From the NCBI GenBank assembly GCA_019828565.1, contig JAHDYR010000021.1, positions 62,001-126,000 on the forward strand: 64,000 nucleotides of DNA. Direction: 5' to 3'. Below the pieces are notes generated by a model. It made no database searches. It was given only the letters and a program-made list of their open reading frames with translations, and had not been told where the DNA came from. This DNA comes from Carpediemonas membranifera BICM (taxonomy: Eukaryota; Protista; Fornicata). A program made the translations under genes and the position numbers. Below, piece after piece: positions 1 to 10,200 of this stretch. The stretch's first letter is position 1. Each line of letters starts with the position of its first letter.

Positions 1-1
1 G

Positions 2-181
2 CCCGTCAAGAAGGGCAAGCACGCCAACGCCGGGTCGACCGGCAGTCTGCTCCTCAAGCCCAAGCCCAAGGCCAACGCCGAGAAGGAGCCCAAGGTGAGG
101 GGCAAGGCGACGAAGCGGAAGAAGGCGAACGCTAAGGTGGACATCGTCGAAGAGATGCGACTCAGCGACATGTCGGATTAA
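2..181 (+). CDS. 3' end of a CDS running in from outside the window (Lys-rich C-terminus), product unknown
   Basis: Open frame from nt 2 (PVKKGKHANAG...EEMRLSDMSD) to TAA 179-181, with GC3-rich codons. Confidence 0.6.
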   Translation, partial: PVKKGKHANAGSTGSLLLKPKPKANAEKEPKVRGKATKRKKANAKVDIVEEMRLSDMSD

Positions 182-216
182 ACACGGATTATAACCATAG
201 TTTTTATAAGCATACT

Positions 217-1536
217 TTACATCTTCAGCACTTGTAGTCTATCTCCAAACGTCTCGACGTCGCCTTCGTTCACGGGCCCCGCCCTCGCCATGCCCTGGCC
301 CTGGTCAAACGACCTGAACTGGGCGATCGTCGTCAGCAGCACGTGGAGCACCGCCTTTCCTGTCCTCTGGTCGGGCGGGAGCCGTCTATTGATGCCCACA
401 ACCTCTCCCATACCGACCACGGTCGACTCCAAGTCCCCGGCGCTCGAGACCAGTCGGGCCAGACGGACATCCTCCGTCGCCATGTCCGCGTCAACATCGA
501 ACAGTGGCAAGCGGGGCTCGTAAGGCTCCATGAGTGCAGGCGGGTGGACTGCGGGTTCCAGGTCAGAGAGGGGGGCCTCGAATTGAGGGGGGATGAGACG
601 AATGCCGCGGGGAACCTGGAGAGTCTCGTAGAGCTGGGAAACCTCGGGAATGAGGTTGTTCTTACCGCCGTAGAGCTTCAGGTTGTTGTGGATCAGGCTG
701 ACGTAGTTAGGGGGCAGGGGGTCGAGCGTGGCGGGGGCAATCTTGGGCAGAACGGCGAGCATGCCCGTGTTGGGCACCGTCTTGTGCTCCTTGATGTCCG
801 CTGTCTTCGCATCCATGGCGTTGATGTTGCACTCCGGCAACCGGGTAAGATACGCGATCACCCAGTCGACAATCGCACCGTTGCTCTCCATAGTGATGTA
901 TTGGTCAGTAAAGATGTCCTTGGACCCCACGAGGGCCAGTCGCCCGCCCTGGGGTGTCTCTGTGACAGCTACGACAGGCCGCTTGACAGGGTAGCAGTTG
1001 CTTCCCGTCGAAAGGACCGGGACCGCGGGTGAGGCCGTGATCAACGTCCGCCCGCGGGGGTACACGAACTTGTTGATCGTCTTGCGCAGGTCGCGGTTGA
1101 CCACGCCGTCGTCTATGAGACACTCTGCTGGATGGAGGAGGGGTTTGCCCCGGACGCGGCGGCCGACGTACGCCTGGCTCACAACCTTGTCGTCGTTCAC
1201 ACTCAGGCCGAACTGCTCGAACAGGTAGTTGACGTTCTTAATGTTGGCGCCCGGCGCTAGTGTGAAGAGGACACTGTGGCCGCGGCTTAGGAAGGAGTTG
1301 ATGCCTTCAAAGTCGGGCTTGGAGAAATTAGAGGTGGGGCCCATGAAAGCAAGGACTGATACATGCTCGCTGGCCATGGAGAAGCTGTCCATGTTGCTGT
1401 GTTAGGGAGAAATGAGAGGGACGAACGCTTTCACATCAAGGTTCTCCTTTTGACGCAATCTCGATTGCAATTCGTTATATTCTTCTAGTTTGGTACCTTT
1501 GGTCAGGTCGAAGCACACCGTTTGCCTCGACATCAT
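217..1536 (-). CDS. IFT52: Intraflagellar transport protein 52; 2 exons, intron 1397-1426
   Basis: GIFT-domain motifs (FMGPTSNFSKPDF, NVNYLFEQFGLSVNDDKVV, HPAECLIDDGVVNR, LIPPQFEAPL, LPLFDVD). A 30-nt GTTCGT...CTAACACAG intron joins ORF 1402-1635 in frame to ORF 217-1392. Confidence 0.9.
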
Positions 1537-1737
1537 TGGTTTCTCGCCTTGCCAATTCTGTGAGCATTTTAAGGAAAGTCGCGAAATTCTCAAAAGGAAG
1601 GCTGCCTCGAGTCCGCATACACCCATGTACCCCATCCGCTGGCGATACCGACCCTGTTTCCCGATTTCCCGACCGTTGAACTCGTCATAGGCAGAAAGTG
1701 TTCAGCGAGGAACAGAAGCACAGAAGCGCTCCAAGTC

Positions 1738-3846
1738 ATGTTTAGTTCAGGATTTCCACAAAAGTCCATCTTAACGTCACGGTCAACGACTTTGCCGCCC
1801 ATAGAACTCAACGCCATGCGCCCAATGCAGAAATCGCCTTCAGCAGGCCCCATGCGGGTCCAACACGGCAGTAGATCGCCTCCACCGCAACAAACCAGTG
1901 CGCAAACACCTCCCCGTCAGTCAATGCGCGCTCCACACCGTCCTCCGCAGGCAGACCGCCCGATCACTGCCCGCGGGGGGTTTGGCGGCCGCACGCTCCA
2001 AGAAAGGCCGCATTCATCTCGTGGCCGCCTTGCAACCGCAGACACCTCCTCGTTCGTCCCGTCCCTGGGGTCGTTCATGCCTTCGGATGACTCCCATGCA
2101 GACATGCTCATGGTGAACCGGCCGCAGACGGCGGAGGAGACGCTCGCAGGTATGTTCACGTTGCTTGAACGTCCCACTCCAGAGGGTATTGAAGCGGCTC
2201 TTGTCCAGCTCGCGTCCCAGGCAGCGATGATGGCGCGTCTGCCTGCCCCACAGGACAAGCACGGCGTCCTCGTCGCCCTGCCCGAGCTCATGGAGGAGCT
2301 GAGCACACCAGTGATGAGCAGGGCGAGCAGGAGCCGTGCGCTGAAGCTTGTAGGCCAGCTTGACGGGTCGACTGACCGCCTCGTCCAGGCCATGGTCATC
2401 CTCTTGCTCATTCTTCCCGTGAGCCTGGACGACGCCAAGCCCTTCCTCTTCGCAGTGAACGCAGTCTACCGCAGTGCCAAGAAGACCCCCCTGCCTGAGT
2501 TTATGAGCCTCGCACTCGGCCTGCTCGCCCCAGCCAGAGAGATCGGGTCGGCCGGGTCAGCCGCCATCCTCTTCGCCCTACTCAGAGTTCTTATGACTGA
2601 CAACAACATGTGCGGCGCCTTCGTAGAGGAGGGCGGGGCCCACGCGGCCACGGCTCTCGCCAACGCCGTCTTCGCCCCGGACGCGGCAGACCCACAGCTT
2701 GAGGCGGCTGTCCAGGGCGCGGTGCAGTACTGCGCGGTCATGCGCCAGGTCCTCGGCTCCAGGCTAGACCCAGGCGAGTCGATCGGCTGGGGCGTGCTCA
2801 CATCCCTGAGCTACACTGTCCAGCTGGCACCCGCCAACCTCGACCTCACGGTCAGCGCGGCGAGGGTGCTTGCGAGAGTCGCCACACCGCGGACGGCGCA
2901 CGCGATGGCCACGTCGACGGTTCCTGCAGGCCCGGGCGGGACGCCTGTGGCGTTCCATGAGGTGCTCTTCAACGTGATTCTCATGACCCTCAGAGTAATT
3001 CAAACCAAGCAGGATAAGGCCATGGCGGTTCTGTCCCGCGTGCTCTACAGCCTCTCCCTCTCAAGTGCGGTCGCCCCGCACACCGTGGAGGCGACTGAGA
3101 TTCGAACCCACGCCCTTGTCAACACGCTGACCGCTCTGCTGGACACTGACACCACGGAGGGCTGGGTTGCCGTGGGGCGGGTGCTAGACGTGCTGTCCAA
3201 CATCACTCTCGACCGGGCCGACGTCGGTGGGCTCGAGCAGGGTCTGGACGCCCTGATGCTCGCTCTGGACCTTGACCAGGCAAGTATCGTGCGTTCAGCG
3301 GCGATATTTGTTGCCAACATCAGCACGCACACTGGTGTGGACGATCCTCGCATCGTCCCGGCTCTGTCTCGCCTCCTATTCATGGACGACGCCGAGGTGG
3401 TCGCCTCCGCACTGAGGATACTCGCCAACTACTGTGAGGGCCACGAGGTGGCCGTGGTGGAGGCCGGGCTGGGCGAGGCGGCGTGTATCTTGGCGGACCA
3501 CTCGGATCCGGCCGTTATTGTCAACGCGCTGGGTGTGTTGCTGAATCTATCTTCGGATCGGGAATCTGGAACGCATCTACTGAATCTGGATGTCGTATCT
3601 AAGGTTATGGAGATTCTGTCGCTGATGGGACTGACCGAGCCAGGCCAGATGCACCACGATGTCGTCGAATTGATCCTCAAATTGCTGTCGAATCTTTTAC
3701 CCGTGATTCAATCAGACGATCAGATCTTCCAGATCCTAGACGGTGTTGATTGCATCACTGAGGCGATCTCCGTGCTCGGTCGCGAGGATCTCGGCCAGCT
3801 AACGGAGGATTTGCTCGCCGAGCTCGCCGGCCGGGTCAACGGATAG
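1738..3846 (+). CDS. Armadillo-repeat protein (ARMC2-like) with a disordered N-terminus
   Basis: 702-aa ORF; C-terminal ARM-like helices (VVASALRILANY, VIVNALGVLLNLSSD, LKLLSNL). Confidence 0.65.
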   Translation: MFSSGFPQKSILTSRSTTLPPIELNAMRPMQKSPSAGPMRVQHGSRSPPPQQTSAQTPPRQSMRAPHRPPQADRPITARGGFGGRTLQERPHSSRGRLATADTSSFVPSLGSFMPSDDSHADMLMVNRPQTAEETLAGMFTLLERPTPEGIEAALVQLASQAAMMARLPAPQDKHGVLVALPELMEELSTPVMSRASRSRALKLVGQLDGSTDRLVQAMVILLLILPVSLDDAKPFLFAVNAVYRSAKKTPLPEFMSLALGLLAPAREIGSAGSAAILFALLRVLMTDNNMCGAFVEEGGAHAATALANAVFAPDAADPQLEAAVQGAVQYCAVMRQVLGSRLDPGESIGWGVLTSLSYTVQLAPANLDLTVSAARVLARVATPRTAHAMATSTVPAGPGGTPVAFHEVLFNVILMTLRVIQTKQDKAMAVLSRVLYSLSLSSAVAPHTVEATEIRTHALVNTLTALLDTDTTEGWVAVGRVLDVLSNITLDRADVGGLEQGLDALMLALDLDQASIVRSAAIFVANISTHTGVDDPRIVPALSRLLFMDDAEVVASALRILANYCEGHEVAVVEAGLGEAACILADHSDPAVIVNALGVLLNLSSDRESGTHLLNLDVVSKVMEILSLMGLTEPGQMHHDVVELILKLLSNLLPVIQSDDQIFQILDGVDCITEAISVLGREDLGQLTEDLLAELAGRVNG

Positions 3847-3972
3847 GCCTGTTATTGGTATACATAGTCCCAACAGTAAATCGTCGTGCTGGTGACGTGG
3901 GCGTTGGTTGGCACGTTGACTCGGGCACGGGTCACGACGATCGATAGACATCGACTAGGACAGAAGTTTCGC

Positions 3973-5547
3973 ATGCCTGGCTCTAAAACGACAAGGTTGA
4001 GCTCAAAAGATGCACTTGTAGCGGCATATTGCCTCGCAGATTCCCTTACCGCCGACATTGCGGGAGACATCCCTTCTTTGCTCTCAAAGGCGTACGAAAG
4101 ACAGTTTGGCGAAGAAATACCAATGATTCAACCCTTACACGACTATTCTACAGCAGAGAGCGGGCATTCTCTCGATGACCTTTCCTCCATGCTCAGCTCG
4201 ATCCAACTAAACCCGGGGGAGCACGCGGAGGGGGCGGATGACGGCGCTCAGTCGTTGGTAGACCACGCGCACTCGATCATTGTGAATGGACCTCCGCTTT
4301 CTATGAACGTCGAGCTCGGTGAGGGCGAGGAGCTCCCGGTCGCCCTGCACACCCTTCTCCAGGGCACGCTCTTCGCCATTTTCATGCAAGCAGGCGCCAA
4401 TCCAGACCTATATGACACTACAGCAATCATAGATTCATCTATGTCTGGCCAATGCCTCTGGTTCCTCTGCAAGAAGTTCTTCTTCTCCCACCAGGTCGCC
4501 CTCAAGGACTGCGACCGCTACGAGTTCACCAACGCCACGCGACACCACCGCTACATAACATACATGGGTCATATATATCAGTCACGGGGCCCTTTACACT
4601 CAAGACCGCTCTTCGCCAAGCTCAGGCTGCCCAGAGGGATATGGTGGAGCCACGGCGGTGAAACGACTATCGTTGTCACCCCAAAAGGCTTATATGGCCT
4701 CGGTGACAACTCATATGGTCAGCTGGGCTTTGATTCATGCGAAGATGCTCCACCAACACGCATTACCTTCCCCGAGGTCCCCGCTGTAACCGAGTACGAA
4801 GTAAGCTTGGCCCCGTGGCACAAAGATGGTCTGGTACAGAAGATCGACCAGTCGACCCAGCAGACCGTGGTGGTCACCCCGGCCGGCTCGGTGCTCTCCG
4901 GATTTGGTGTCGCGTGGTTCACGTTGTCTGACCGCACGAGTCGTTTCCACACAATCCGACTTCCTTCTGGCTTTGTCCCAGATGACATTACCGAGATCGG
5001 TGATTCTGTACTATCAATGGGTGATCGGCAGGTGATCGGTGGCGCGAACACCTACGGCCAGCTGGGGCTCGGCCACCGGAGTCGGGTGGACGGCTACGTC
5101 GATCTACCGTTTGACAGCGTTCTACTCGCAGGGGCATTCTTCCGTATATTCGTCAGTGGGTGTCAGCTGATATTTGCGGGGCATGTGCCGCCATCCATCG
5201 CCCAGAGCGGCCTGCTTCCCGGGTTCGGCCGGGCTGACATCTGTGCTACGCCGCGGCCGCTACAATTCCGCTCGGCCGGGCCGATTACTGGATTTATGTG
5301 CGAGATGTTTTATGTTGTCTGGGTGACAATGGGGCATACGTTTGTGTGGACCATGAAACGTGGTAGTTTCACCCTGCCGTTCGAAGCCACCAAGTGCGAC
5401 TTCGAAGCAGCCAAGTTCTGCCAGCCGGACGGGCGCTGGGTGGCGCTGATGAGTGTGGTGAACGGCGTGGCTGAGCTCTGCTCAAGTCGGCCCGAAGACT
5501 TTGCCCGAGTCATCTGGCCCGTCGAGGTCGACCCCGTGCGGCTGTGA
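3973..5547 (+). CDS. RCC1/BLIP-II-like repeat protein of a lineage-expanded family (paralogue A)
   Basis: RCC1-type motifs GLYGLGDNSYGQLG and GANTYGQLGLGH; collinear with 13774-15396; first ATG at 3973. Confidence 0.75.
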   Translation: MPGSKTTRLSSKDALVAAYCLADSLTADIAGDIPSLLSKAYERQFGEEIPMIQPLHDYSTAESGHSLDDLSSMLSSIQLNPGEHAEGADDGAQSLVDHAHSIIVNGPPLSMNVELGEGEELPVALHTLLQGTLFAIFMQAGANPDLYDTTAIIDSSMSGQCLWFLCKKFFFSHQVALKDCDRYEFTNATRHHRYITYMGHIYQSRGPLHSRPLFAKLRLPRGIWWSHGGETTIVVTPKGLYGLGDNSYGQLGFDSCEDAPPTRITFPEVPAVTEYEVSLAPWHKDGLVQKIDQSTQQTVVVTPAGSVLSGFGVAWFTLSDRTSRFHTIRLPSGFVPDDITEIGDSVLSMGDRQVIGGANTYGQLGLGHRSRVDGYVDLPFDSVLLAGAFFRIFVSGCQLIFAGHVPPSIAQSGLLPGFGRADICATPRPLQFRSAGPITGFMCEMFYVVWVTMGHTFVWTMKRGSFTLPFEATKCDFEAAKFCQPDGRWVALMSVVNGVAELCSSRPEDFARVIWPVEVDPVRL

Positions 5548-5587
5548 GGTGTTATGCTACATAGTAAATGGGTTTAAGTATATTTAA

Positions 5588-6316
5588 CTAGGGGGTGCCG
5601 GCGCTGACGATGGCCTGGGCGAGCTGGTAGTCGGCGAGCTCGTCGACCTCGGTGACCTGGAGTCCGGTGATGTCGATCGCCTTCAGCGCACCGCCACGCT
5701 CGGCGTAGATGGAGAGCACATCATCGAAGTACTTGTTGGCGAGACCCTCGCCGCAAAGAAGCTCGACGATGGCGGCGCGGGGGACCTTGTAGACGCCAAT
5801 GGCCTCGGCCTGGCCCTCGATGCCCTTGCCGAGGTGATGGATGCGACCAGTAGAAGCATTGTAGTCGCACTTAACGCACTCGTCGTCGAGGCCGGCCTCG
5901 GGGCGGAGGACGGAGACGTTGCACTCGGCGTCCCGGGCGGTCTGGCGGAGGATGTCGATGTCCATGACGACGTCGCCGTCCATGCAGACAACAGTCTCTT
6001 CGGTCATCTCCTGCAGGCCGATGCGGGCGGACGCGGCGGTGTTGGTCGTGGCGTGCTGTTCGTTCATGTGGACGGTGAGGCCGGTCTCCAGCTCCCGGAT
6101 GTACGCCTCCATGGCCTCAGCGGCGTTTCCAAGGACAACGTGGATGTCCGAGATCAAGCCCTCTTCACGGAGAGTGTGGAGCTGCTTGATCTGGCGAGAA
6201 GTGATTGTGCTGCCGTCGGGAAGAGGCACCAGCGACTTATGGGCCACGGGCTTCTCAAGATGAGGCCGAAGTCTCGTTCCACTACCAGCAAGGAAGATTA
6301 GAGCAGGCGGAGCCAT
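5588..6316 (-). CDS. Nucleotidyltransferase, LicC/phosphocholine or phosphonate cytidylyltransferase-like (GT-A fold)
   Basis: LAGSGTRL..K signature, NTAAS, DGDVV, GEAIG-like AEAIGVYK, C-terminal EVDELADY; 242 aa, no intron. Confidence 0.75.
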   Translation of the reverse strand: MAPPALIFLAGSGTRLRPHLEKPVAHKSLVPLPDGSTITSRQIKQLHTLREEGLISDIHVVLGNAAEAMEAYIRELETGLTVHMNEQHATTNTAASARIGLQEMTEETVVCMDGDVVMDIDILRQTARDAECNVSVLRPEAGLDDECVKCDYNASTGRIHHLGKGIEGQAEAIGVYKVPRAAIVELLCGEGLANKYFDDVLSIYAERGGALKAIDITGLQVTEVDELADYQLAQAIVSAGTP

Positions 6317-6519
6317 GATTGATTACGTGCTTGGTTCTGCCAGAGTCGACGCAGCTTATGCCCACTACTGGGCGATCGGCTGTGTAAATAGGGGCATGCG
6401 CCGACATTCCTGGCTCTTGCAATGCACTGGGACTAGGGCTGGGCTGCGCCGCACATATCGATCACTGACGTCGACCGACAAGTGCTCGAACACTACCTTG
6501 TGGCGAGAATTTATTCTCT

Positions 6520-6660
6520 TCAAAAATCATCATCTGATGAAGTGATGATGGTGCCGTCGGGGGCAGTGGCGACACCGAACACACGCTCGTCGTGCCCAGT
6601 CAGTGTCCTAATACACGTACCCTTTCCAATTTCACTTGCGGCGTGTCACATCAAAAGCTG
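6520..6660 (-). pseudogene. Orphan WD40-repeat fragment
   Basis: Minus strand reads LLM*HAASEIGKGTCIRTLTGHDERVFGVATAPDGTIITSSDDDF*, with stops at 6646-6648 and 6520-6522. Confidence 0.55.
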
Positions 6661-6813
6661 GGCTTAACCTGCGATAAAAAATGCGAATAACCTGCGAAAT
6701 CCTTCCATGACCCCGATGGTGGGGACATGATGCTCGCAGCCACACGGAGCTGACCCAACAGCTGGGGGATGTCAATGGCGAGGCCCAAGCCCGGATCATA
6801 CCGTTCTACTGTA

Positions 6814-7107
6814 TCAACCCTTGGTACAGGAGGCGCCTTGGCCCGCATTCCCACTGCCCGTTGAGAACCGACACAGTGCTGTGCCCCAAAGGACGGACTC
6901 ATCAGTCAATGGAAGGCGGCGCGTCTCGTCGTCCTCGAGCACGGCACGGAGGGCGTCCTGCACGCCCTGGCTGTCCGCGGGGAAGCGCAGCGGGGCGAGC
7001 ACGGCGTCGACCGTGAGCGGGTTGGGGCGCACGAGTAGGGCCCGCAGCTGCCAGGGTTGAGCACTGAATGACCGATGAGGGCCACGGTGACGGACATAAT
7101 CGGACAT
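6814..7107 (-). pseudogene. Possible degenerate HECT C-lobe-like fragment
   Basis: FSAQPWQLRALLV..LTVDAV..LRF..VQDALRAVLED..LCRFSTGS loosely resembles the HECT pattern F.P.EL..L..G...D...FW.VL...LL.F.TGS; truncated. Confidence 0.25.
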
Positions 7108-7215
7108 ATGCTCCAGCTACATGTCCTCAGCACCCTACTGTTCTTCACCAACCCGCCACTGTCGGGGATGGCCGACGTCCACCCGGAATAGCGGAGCAGA
7201 AAGCAGCCGCGTGAG

Positions 7216-10200
7216 ATGAAGCAAAACTTGGGATACAGCTCAAGTATGCTTCACCGCAGCGTCCAATCTAACCGCATATTGCTCCTATTACTTGTTTCTC
7301 TCGTCGTTGGAGCCATATGCGCCGTTGAACCGGCCGTTGAGCTCCCAATCCCCTCAGGAATCACGGCAGCCGCCAATTTTGGGGCCAAGGTTCACTACGA
7401 TAGTGAAATGATCGTTGCTTCCGCACCGAATGCCGAAGGTGGTGGTCAAGTTTTCATATACGTATACGATGGTGCGGCCTTCAATCTTTTCCACACCCTT
7501 TCCAGTGAAATGCCAGAGTCTGGTGCTCTATTCGGCGCTACCATCGCAGTCACGGACCGCTGGATCGCCGTGGGCTCGTCCAGCTACAGCACCGGCGTGC
7601 TCGTCGAGTTCTTCGCCCGCAGCTCCACGCTCTTCCCCGTCGTCCCCTACCACACCTACTCCGAGAGCTACGACGCCACCGACATGGTCATAGACGTCTA
7701 CTCCGACAGCTCCGTCCAATTCCTCGCCGTTGGTCTCCCCCACGCATCATACACCCTCCTGGGGGACACCCACACCGACGCCGGCCTCATCGTCATCCTC
7801 GGAGACTCAATCGCGCCAGTCACCTCGTGGGGCTTCAAGGCGGAGCTGTACTCGCCAGTCCCATACGATGGACAACACTTTGGTGAGGCCGTGGGATGCA
7901 CACTCAATCTAGTGGACGGCAAGTACTACGTGATCACCGGCCAGCTCAGCGGTATGGGGCCTGCGTTCACAACTTGGACATTCAGCTCGACCATCATGGA
8001 CGGCCTCTCGACCTGGGCGCTCCAGTCGTCCCAGAGCACGCCACACACTGACACTATGATCCGCATGGGCATAGCAGCCCCGGCGTCTGGCATGGTCGTC
8101 GTGCCTGACCCCAACTACAGTTTCGCTCCCAACCAGGGCGGCCGGGGCTTCTGGTTCTCCGATCCTGAGACCATGACTGACTACACTGGGGCATGGGGGC
8201 CCGACACGGACGACGGGACCGACAACTGGGGTTTGGCCCTCGCAGCATCGTACACGGGTGTCTTTGCAGTGCATACGCAGACTGACCTGACTTCCATGGC
8301 CGGTGTCGCCGTGTTTGACGCCATCTCGGCCGAATACACTAAAGTTGAGCTCCCTTGGACCGGTGCCCAGGTCCTTGCCGCCCAACCCAGCGTCAGCGGC
8401 AACCAGGGCGGCGTGGCGGTGGGTCTGCCCGGCGTCGGGGTCGCCGCCTACCACCACTGGCCCCTCAACACGGCAAGCTCAACCGCCTTCGATCCCGGTG
8501 CAACCCCGTGCGCCCCGGGCATGTGGCCGATGACTGACCAGCACTTGTGCCGCTACCCGGACAACAGGGCCAGGGTCGGGCCGGTCGCAGGAGGAATGTT
8601 CGGGGCCAGCGCGGACATCTGTGACGATCGCATGGCCGTGCTGAGCGCCGCAGAGACATGCGACGCGACGGTGGGCGTGATCCATTTGTTCGACTACGGA
8701 GGAAGCGGGTCATGGGCCCTGAACTTGGACCACACCTTCCCTTGTAACAACTCGTGCTCGTTTACAGGCCCAGTACGGGTCTCCCACAGCTTCGTCTACC
8801 TCTACTGCGACGGGGCAGAGACCCTGGGCGCGTGTCCCGACCACGGCGAGCCGTGCCAGTTCTTCTCGATCCCGGGCATCACAGCTGCCGACTTCGTCAT
8901 CGACATTGACCCCGACGCTGGCGTGGGCATCATTGGGGGCAAGAGCGCAGGTCAGGTCTACTTCATCGTCGAGCAGGGCGACACAGTCTCCATCAGCCCG
9001 GCCCTGGCCCACGCCGGTCTCTTCGAGTACGGTGCCGCTGTCGCCGTGGAGGGTGGCGTTGCTTTGGTCGCCTCCAGCACGGACGGTGTCGCCGTGGACG
9101 CTGCCATTGACGTGTACACCAGGTCCGAGTCTGCTGGGCCGGAGGATGCGTGGACGCTGGTGTCCTCCACGCCCGTGGGGTCGACCTCGCCCATTGTTAG
9201 CCCAAAGCTCGCCTTCGACGGGGAGCTGGCCGTCCTCTCGAGCTCTGATGCCGTGAACGGCACGCTCCACGCCTTCTTCGTCGGGAGCGCCAGCGGGGAC
9301 CCGATCAGCGTCCATGGCGAGATAGAGTGGCAGGCCTCGGACGTCTACAATGTCTCCCGGCCAGCCATCATGTCCGCAGCCGGCGATAGTACCACCAAGC
9401 TTGTATTCTTCGCCTACACCGATGATGTCGCCACGTCTGACGCGGTAAGGTCCGTCGCGTATACAACTGTCAGCGTCGACAACGCGGCCTTGACTGTGAT
9501 GATCTCCGGTCTCATCCGGCCGATCGGTAACTCAATCAGTAGCTCATTCATCTATGAGGATTTCGCCAAGGACCTTCACACACCATCCAAGGGCCATTTC
9601 CTCCCCATCGGCAATGAACGGTGGTACGCCACAAACCCCGCGGTGCTCACGGGCGAGGTTGTCACTGTGGGCGCGATGCAGTGCCCCGATGGCTTCGGCA
9701 TGAGCTCCTTCTACACCTGCGAGGTCTGCCCCGAAGGTAGCTACTCGCGACAGTGGAACCCCACCTGTAGAGTCGCCCCAGCAGGATGGGCGGCCACCAA
9801 GGGCCAGCTGTCGACCTGCTCCTTGGTTAACGGCGGCTACACGCCCACCCCGGGTCTGCCCTCGTGCCTCATCGCCCAGGCGGGGTATGTCGCTGATGTT
9901 TACCGTCGGGGCGAGGTTCCGTGCGACAATGGCACCATCCCGAACTCATACAGCTCTTCGTGTGACCCCTGTCCGGCTGGAACCACCAACCCCCTCGACG
10001 GGGCGGGGCACACGGCCTGCTACGACACGAATACCACGCCGCAGCTCACGCCAGAGGGTAGTCCAGCCTACACCATCGCCGATCTGGGCATTTCCTCCAT
10101 TAGCTCGGCCTCGGCGACAGTGACCATGCCCAACGGCACCGCCCTCCCCACCTTCCTCGCCACAACAGGGCCCAGCGCCCACTCATGCCAGCTTGCCATC

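Noticed and set aside
6646-6648. TGA at a Trp position suggesting a variant genetic code
   Set aside because: TGA, TAA and TAG all terminate conserved genes here and Trp is TGG; a nonsense mutation in a relic is simpler
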